From contig CBDBLV010000005.1 in NCBI GenBank assembly GCA_965207225.1, forward strand, positions 1,376,001 through 1,440,000: a DNA stretch of 64,000 nucleotides, read 5' to 3'. How positions within the stretch are numbered: the first letter of the stretch is position 1; each line of letters opens with the position of its first letter. Below, piece after piece: positions 57,906 to 64,000 of the stretch. The notes under the pieces were generated by a model. The model was not told the origin of the DNA. It did no database searches and saw only the letters and a list, made by a program, of their open reading frames with translations. Position numbers and translations under genes: made by a program. The DNA comes from Dehalococcoidia bacterium. Its GTDB lineage: Bacteria; Chloroflexota; Dehalococcoidia; Plut-88900.

Positions 57906-60900
57906 CTAAATCGTCAGCCTTGGTGCGTCTACCCAATGTCTCCGTCTTTGGAAGGGGTAACCGGGCAATGGCACCCTTCGACGTGCCTCTCCAGCAAAAA
58001 GGCCGGTGAAGGCGAGGTCCAGGCCCGATTCGTAAGCCTTTGCCACGGCCTTCATAAAACCAGCGTTGCCATCCGGGGCGTCACAAAAGCTTGTCAAGAC
58101 CACCGGCTGGCCCGGAGTTTCCGACCCTTCCCACGATACCGGCCAGGCATCCCGAATACTGTCTTCAAGTGTGTCCCCAGCCCCCATTGCAATCACCGAA
58201 ACCACACCCAGCTCCGCCAGCATCTTGGCACAACCCTCCGCCCTTGCGAGCTTCTGCCTTTCAACCTTCCAGAATTCAACGCCTGGCGCTTCGCCGGACT
58301 CAATCACCTGCCCTGTAGCTCCGTTCACTATGGGCACGGTCGGCAAAGAGAAGTTGGCGGCTGCCACTGCGTTCGCCAGCGACTCGGCGTTGTCCCCGTT
58401 GGCAGATATCGATTGTATTTCTGCCACTGATGCCACAATCCGGAGCCCGTCAACAAGGTCAAGGACCCCCGCCGCCTGGGCCGCCGATATCAAGCCCAGT
58501 CCATCGCCTACCACCGCTCCCGGACTAACCCCCAAACTCCTCCACAGGGCCGCCAAGGCACACTCCAGGGCATAGACGGCTACCTGGGCCAAGACAGGAT
58601 CAGCGGAGCCTTCTGCGCGCTCGGACATCAAGTTCAAGAGTGAAAGGCCTTGCTCCTTGAGAAATATCTCATTACATCGGTCCAGCACTTCTCGTACCAC
58701 GGGCTCCGTCTCGAACCAGTCTCGACCCAAGCCAAGACGTCCGTCATTTTCGCCCGTGAATACGAAGGCCGCTTTGAGCATTTCCGGGACCTCCCGGTCT
58801 CCTCGCCCATTGTCTCCGTTTGCCACTGCTGCCAACCCCTCCTGGAGCTGATCAACATTGCTAAAGGCTATTCCGGCCCGGTGGCTGAAGTGGCTTCTAC
58901 CTACCCCCGCCGACCAGGTTATATCGGCAAGGATTGCCCCGCCAGCCGATAGCTCGCCGTCCCGCTCATCGAGGAACCCTGCGTAGCGTTGGGCCAATTC
59001 CCGAAGGGCCTCGGGCGTTTTGCCCGACAGCGGGAGCAACCGGGTCCCGCGCTCTTTGAGGCCGCCCTGGCCGATGGGCTGCCCGTCGACTTTAACCGGC
59101 TGAGCAGGCCCTACCGGCCAACTTTGCCTGTTGTCAGTCTCCGCGCTTTCATATCCTCCCACCACTACGTGGGCATTTGCGCCCGAAAGGCCAAAGCTGT
59201 TCACCGCAGCCAAGGGGGGCTTTTCAGGGCAAGCGGGCCAGTCAACAGCTTCAGATGTGACTTGTACGTCCAGCCGGTCCCAGTCCACGTGGGGATTGGG
59301 GTCTTTGAAATTGAGGTGTCTGGGTATCACCCTCCGACGCATTGCCAGTACTGTCTTAATCAGGCTCGCTACGCCTGAGGCCCATTCCAGGTGTCCGATG
59401 TTCGTCTTCACCGACCCTACATACAGGGGACGCGCCTCCGCCCGGCCTTTACCGTAGACCTCGGCCACGGCATTCAGCTCTATCGGGTCTCCGAACTGGC
59501 TCCCCACACCCTGCGCCTCCAGGTAGTCGATGTCCGATGCTGCCACATCCGCCCGGGAGAGGGCATCTTGCATAACCCGTTCCTGTGCCGGGCCATTGGG
59601 CGCCATCAAGCCCGCACTCACGCCGTTCTGGTTCACCGCCGTACCCAGTACGACACCCCATATCCGGTCGCCGTCTGCCTCTGCATCACTTAACCGCTTC
59701 AGCACTATCATGCCGCAGCCCTCGCCGCGGACAAAGCCGTCGGCGGCAGCGTCGAACGCGTAGCACTGACCACTCGCCGACAACACCCCCAAGTCATTGA
59801 AGAATTTGGAAACTTTCGGCGAAAGGATGGCGTTTACTCCGCCCGCCAGGGCCATGTCTACTTCGCCCCGCTGCAACCCCACCACTGCCTGGTGCACTGC
59901 GGCCAGCGACGATGCGCAAGCCACGTCAATAGGCATGGCCGGTCCTTCGAGACCCAGGGCAAATGCAACCCTGCCCACGGTTAAGGACCCGTTCGTGCCG
60001 GCGTAGCTGTACTCCTGGCCTCGAGTTGAAATCAGGTCTCGATACTCGCTGCCCCCGACTCCCGCATATACTCCCGTGCGGCTGCCCTTCAATCCCTCGG
60101 CATCGATGCCCGCATCTTCAAGAGCTTGCCAGCTGGTTTCCAGCAGCATCCTCTGCTGGGGGTCCATCATTCTTGCTTCTATCGGCGAGATCTTGAAGAA
60201 CCTCGAGTCAAACAGGTCGATGCCTTCTACAAAGGCCCCGCGGCGGACAATCGGGTCATCGGCCGCCGGGTCTCCGAGAACGCCTTCCCAGGAACCCGAG
60301 TCCAATCGGCCTTCCGTCACCGCATTCCCGCCCGACTCCAGCTGGCGCCAGAAGGAATCTATGTCCGGCGCTCCCGGGAACCGACAGGCCATTCCTACGA
60401 TGGCTATGGCTTCCTCGTCTCTCCGGACCTTGGGTCGGGCGGGCGGTGCGCTCTGGACGGGATTCGGAGCAGACCCGGCCAAAGCGCCAAGTCCATCGGA
60501 AAGATGACTTGCAAGGGCTGCGGCATTCGGATAGTCGAACACCACCGTATTGGAGGCCGTGTACTCCCCGGCCAGGGCCCGGTTTATCCGGTTCCTCAAT
60601 TCCACCGCCATCAGAGAGTCCATGCCCAGATCGAAAAAGCTGACCGTAGGGGAAGGGGGAGAGCCCAGCCTCATCACGCTCTTCAGCTCGTCCTGCAAAA
60701 ATGCCGACAATACTTTCTGCCGCTCACCCTCCGGGGCTTCCCGGAGTTGGGCCAGCAGGCCACTGGAAGCCGACGCTTCCTCGGTTTCTCGCGCTGGCGC
60801 CCGCTTCTTCACCAGCAGTTCTTCGAAGAATGGGGCAGAAGCCTCAGTCTCTTCGGTGACCACAGACCAGTCAACCGCGGTCACTGTGGGGGTGGTGACG

Positions 60901-63900
60901 TCTTGCCGCACCAGCCAATCGAGGGCCTTAATGCCCTGCTGAGGGGCAATCCAACCCGCACCTGTGGATTCCAGTTGCCTTTCAATCCTGTCGCGTTGCT
61001 CTTCTGCTTCCCCGATACCTGACCAGGCGCCCCATGCAATAGACTGAGCGGGCAGGCCCAGCATCCTGCGATGGGCGGCAAGCTGGTCCAGGAATGCGTT
61101 GGCAGCGGCATGGTTGGATTGCCCGGGGTTTCCGATTACCCCTGTAACGCTGGAGAAGAGGATGAACATGTCCAGGTCTTTATCAATGGTGGCTTTGTGT
61201 AGATGCCATGCCCCGAGAACCTTGGGCCACATCACCTGCTCGAACCGTTCCCAGGTCTGGTTCTCTATCGCCCCGTCCGACAGCACCCCTACGCTGTGTA
61301 CAACGCCTCCTAGCGCTGGCAAGATCTCCTCAATTCGGGCCAGCATCTCATCGACTGCGGCAAAGTCCGTCACGTCGGCGATTTCAACGCGAACGTAAAC
61401 GCCGCTCTCCCGAAGCTCCTTGATCACTTCAACTGCCTCGAGGTCCGGCTCCCGGCGCCCGTTCAGAACAATGGTGGTGGCGCCGTTTTCGGCCAGCCAT
61501 CGCGCAACCTCACACCCAATTCCCCCCATTCCACCCGTCACGAGATAGCTGCGGTCGTCCCTCAAAGTACCCCTGGCAAGAGGCGGCATCCGGAATACGT
61601 TCTTGCCGATGTGACGGGCCTCCCGCATCACGTCCATCGCCGACCGGATCTCCGTAAGGGGCCACACGGTATGCGGCAGCGGATTCAGCTCTCCCGCCGA
61701 AAGTCGCTTCATTACCCTGGTCAACGAGGCCCCCGGGGTTACAGACTCAACCCTTTTCAGGGTATCCACGTCCAAGATGTGGTAATCGACATCGGGCCGA
61801 GCCACTGACATCTCCTCTTCGCTGTAGATTCTCCGCTTCGCTATCTCCACGAACCTGCCACTCTTGCCCAGGCACGATAGGCTCGCCTCGATAAACCCTT
61901 CTCCAGTGAGACTGTTCAGGACTACGTGGACACCCTTGCCCCCCGTCGCTTCCAGGATTTGTTCCCCGAAATTCGTTTGACGGCTGTCGAAGACGTGCTT
62001 TACACCCAGGTCCCGGAGATAGGCTTGCTTGCCTACGCTTGCCGTGGCAAACACTTCAGCCCCCACCGCTTGGGCGAGCTGAATGGCCGCCAGTCCCACG
62101 CCGCCGGCCCCTGCATGGATAAGCACCCGTTCCCCGGCCTTCAGTCTCGAAAGTTCAAAGGCAAGCTCGGCGGTGACGAAGCAGATTGGCGCGGTGGCCA
62201 GCGCAGTCGCCGGAAACCCTTCGGGAGCCGGGGCCGCTAGCACGGCTTTGGTTACCATCTCTGGCGTGAACCCACTAAACCCTACGGCGACAACCGCGTC
62301 ACCCACTGAAAAACTTTCTACGTCTTCCGCCGTCTCTAGGATACGGCCGTACGCTTCTCGACCAATCTCCAGCGTATATTCGAACGCCCCAATGCTCATG
62401 AGCATGTCGGCAAAGTTCAACCCCATCGACTCCACGGCTATACGCACTTCTCCGGGTTCGAGAGCCTGTTTTGGCCGAGGCTTGGTCCGCAACACAGTGT
62501 TCCCGGCCTCCGGGTCCTCGGGCCCGATGCCCCACTCCGTACCCTCAGGCAATACGAGACGCCTGTCCTCCACACCCCGGACCAGCCGCGCCGCCAGGCG
62601 GTTGCCTCCCCTATAGGCGATGTTGGTCTCGGAGTCAGGAGAGAGAAGCTCATCAACGAGACCGGACACCACATCACGCGGCCTTGGGTCCAAATCGATC
62701 AGTCTTGGCTGTAGGTGCGCCGCTTCTCCGGCCATAACCTTCCCGAATCCCCACAAAGTCGCTCCCGCAAGCTCGCCTGTCGTCCGGTCTATAAACTCCT
62801 GCTCCAATACCTGGGCCCCACGCGTCACCAACCAGACTCCTTCACTGGGCATGACTCCGGCGTCGACAATCCCCTGCGCCAGAGCCAGTGCGCTACACGT
62901 GACCCGGGTCACGTCCTCCGCCATCTCCCCGGTGGTCGCCGACGCTCCATACCCATCCAGCGCCGCCAGGTGCACTACCCCCTTGAGCAGCACCTCCTCC
63001 GATAATCCTTCCAACACCGACCGCCACGATTCCCTGTCCGTCGCCTCGACCTCGACCACAGAAACTCTGGAATCTCCGTGTGAGCCCCCTTCTTTTACAC
63101 CGGCCAAGACCACCGACTGCCCCCGTGAAGCCAACTCTGCCGCTAGCTCCGCCGCAGTCCCGCCTTCATCTGCCGCAATGACCCACGCGCCTGGAGATAG
63201 CGCAACGTCAGACGGCCCCCGGGCCATGATCACCCCTGATCCCAGTGGCTCATCGTTGTATGGATCGACAGGGCCAATGAACCCAACATCGGAGTACCCA
63301 ACGTCGCTCAGAGCCTGCTTCCATGTCTGCGGAGTGGCCAGAGCATGTTCGGGCCGGTATGAGTCGGCGAAGCGCCACCAGCCGTCCAGCAACCCGAAGG
63401 TGAGGTCTTGCCACGCCCGACGCCTCAGTCCCTCTAACGCAAGCATCTGCCCCGAAGGCGCCAGCAGGTCCCGGCAATGGGCCAGCGTTTCGCCAAGGTC
63501 TCGGGTCGCGTGCAATACGTTCGCTGCGATGACAAGGTCGTATCCATGCCCATCGAATCCCTGGCTCACTGGGTCTATTTCAATGTTCAAGGGCTTGTAT
63601 TCGATAGGCGCGTTTGTTTTCGACAACCGTGACTCGGCTTCCGTGAAGAAGCCCGCCGAGATATCCGTGAACGTGTATTCAAATCGCCCGGATGGCAGAA
63701 GCGGAAGTATATCCGTCGTCGCCGATCCCGTCCCCGCCCCGACCTCCAGTATACGGAGGACTCTATCTTCGGGAAGGTCGGACACCGCGGCAGCCACTGC
63801 ATCCGCCAGCATCTGGTTCGCCGCCCGGGATGCGGGCGCTTTCAGGTAGAGGTCAGCCGCGCTGGGCCCTTCGTCGCTGAACAGGAGTCCCAGTGGGTCC

Positions 63901-64000
63901 TCGCTGCCCTGCAAGACTTGGTCCAGAGACGCTCCGCAGCGCCGAAGTAGACCCAGCTCGTTGGCCCCGTGAGGATGTCTAGTGCTGATTTCATCAGCCA
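57906..64000 (-). CDS. supA: Type I PKS, SupA-like (..MT-ER-KR-ACP-KS-AT), 5' end outside window
   Basis: LEVGAGTG (MT), IHAGAGGVG (ER), VTGGMGGIG (KR), LGMDSL (ACP), DVACASS (KS); frame open to the window edge. Confidence 0.9.
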   Translation of the reverse strand, partial: ADEISTRHPHGANELGLLRRCGASLDQVLQGSEDPLGLLFSDEGPSAADLYLKAPASRAANQMLADAVAAAVSDLPEDRVLRILEVGAGTGSATTDILPLLPSGRFEYTFTDISAGFFTEAESRLSKTNAPIEYKPLNIEIDPVSQGFDGHGYDLVIAANVLHATRDLGETLAHCRDLLAPSGQMLALEGLRRRAWQDLTFGLLDGWWRFADSYRPEHALATPQTWKQALSDVGYSDVGFIGPVDPYNDEPLGSGVIMARGPSDVALSPGAWVIAADEGGTAAELAAELASRGQSVVLAGVKEGGSHGDSRVSVVEVEATDRESWRSVLEGLSEEVLLKGVVHLAALDGYGASATTGEMAEDVTRVTCSALALAQGIVDAGVMPSEGVWLVTRGAQVLEQEFIDRTTGELAGATLWGFGKVMAGEAAHLQPRLIDLDPRPRDVVSGLVDELLSPDSETNIAYRGGNRLAARLVRGVEDRRLVLPEGTEWGIGPEDPEAGNTVLRTKPRPKQALEPGEVRIAVESMGLNFADMLMSIGAFEYTLEIGREAYGRILETAEDVESFSVGDAVVAVGFSGFTPEMVTKAVLAAPAPEGFPATALATAPICFVTAELAFELSRLKAGERVLIHAGAGGVGLAAIQLAQAVGAEVFATASVGKQAYLRDLGVKHVFDSRQTNFGEQILEATGGKGVHVVLNSLTGEGFIEASLSCLGKSGRFVEIAKRRIYSEEEMSVARPDVDYHILDVDTLKRVESVTPGASLTRVMKRLSAGELNPLPHTVWPLTEIRSAMDVMREARHIGKNVFRMPPLARGTLRDDRSYLVTGGMGGIGCEVARWLAENGATTIVLNGRREPDLEAVEVIKELRESGVYVRVEIADVTDFAAVDEMLARIEEILPALGGVVHSVGVLSDGAIENQTWERFEQVMWPKVLGAWHLHKATIDKDLDMFILFSSVTGVIGNPGQSNHAAANAFLDQLAAHRRMLGLPAQSIAWGAWSGIGEAEEQRDRIERQLESTGAGWIAPQQGIKALDWLVRQDVTTPTVTAVDWSVVTEETEASAPFFEELLVKKRAPARETEEASASSGLLAQLREAPEGERQKVLSAFLQDELKSVMRLGSPPSPTVSFFDLGMDSLMAVELRNRINRALAGEYTASNTVVFDYPNAAALASHLSDGLGALAGSAPNPVQSAPPARPKVRRDEEAIAIVGMACRFPGAPDIDSFWRQLESGGNAVTEGRLDSGSWEGVLGDPAADDPIVRRGAFVEGIDLFDSRFFKISPIEARMMDPQQRMLLETSWQALEDAGIDAEGLKGSRTGVYAGVGGSEYRDLISTRGQEYSYAGTNGSLTVGRVAFALGLEGPAMPIDVACASSLAAVHQAVVGLQRGEVDMALAGGVNAILSPKVSKFFNDLGVLSASGQCYAFDAAADGFVRGEGCGMIVLKRLSDAEADGDRIWGVVLGTAVNQNGVSAGLMAPNGPAQERVMQDALSRADVAASDIDYLEAQGVGSQFGDPIELNAVAEVYGKGRAEARPLYVGSVKTNIGHLEWASGVASLIKTVLAMRRRVIPRHLNFKDPNPHVDWDRLDVQVTSEAVDWPACPEKPPLAAVNSFGLSGANAHVVVGGYESAETDNRQSWPVGPAQPVKVDGQPIGQGGLKERGTRLLPLSGKTPEALRELAQRYAGFLDERDGELSAGGAILADITWSAGVGRSHFSHRAGIAFSNVDQLQEGLAAVANGDNGRGDREVPEMLKAAFVFTGENDGRLGLGRDWFETEPVVREVLDRCNEIFLKEQGLSLLNLMSERAEGSADPVLAQVAVYALECALAALWRSLGVSPGAVVGDGLGLISAAQAAGVLDLVDGLRIVASVAEIQSISANGDNAESLANAVAAANFSLPTVPIVNGATGQVIESGEAPGVEFWKVERQKLARAEGCAKMLAELGVVSVIAMGAGDTLEDSIRDAWPVSWEGSETPGQPVVLTSFCDAPDGNAGFMKAVAKAYESGLDLAFTGLFAGEARRRVPLPGYPFQRRRHWVDAPRLTI

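Overview
Bacterial chromosomal segment, GC-rich, with a strong G-over-C bias on the + strand up to about 57.9 kb. The gene set (DnaD plus a double-domain DnaC-like ATPase, a PAC2 protein, an Arg-tipped EF-P, paralogous enoyl-CoA hydratases) suggests a Chloroflexota/Dehalococcoidia (SAR202-like) organism; this is inference only. Most of the window is housekeeping: purQ/purL, rplI-dnaB-dnaD-dnaC, a siroheme-route haem operon, acpS-nnr-vapBC-coaX-coaBC, metF/folD, a sigma-70 paralogue, aspS, tig-clpP-clpX, purN and dprA-topA-xerC-aroQ-pepP-efp. The right end carries a 5'-truncated sup-type (sponge-symbiont ubiquitous PKS) cluster whose PKS gene has the opposite GC skew. The least explained region is the ~1.6 kb non-coding island at 14.1-15.75 kb. 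It holds a ~490-nt densely base-paired candidate RNA with an internal 73-nt duplication, an opposing promoter with a LexA-like box, two flanking composite hairpin repeats with compensatory substitutions, and an unannotated 34-aa membrane peptide. All calls come from reading motifs by eye; no database searches were run.
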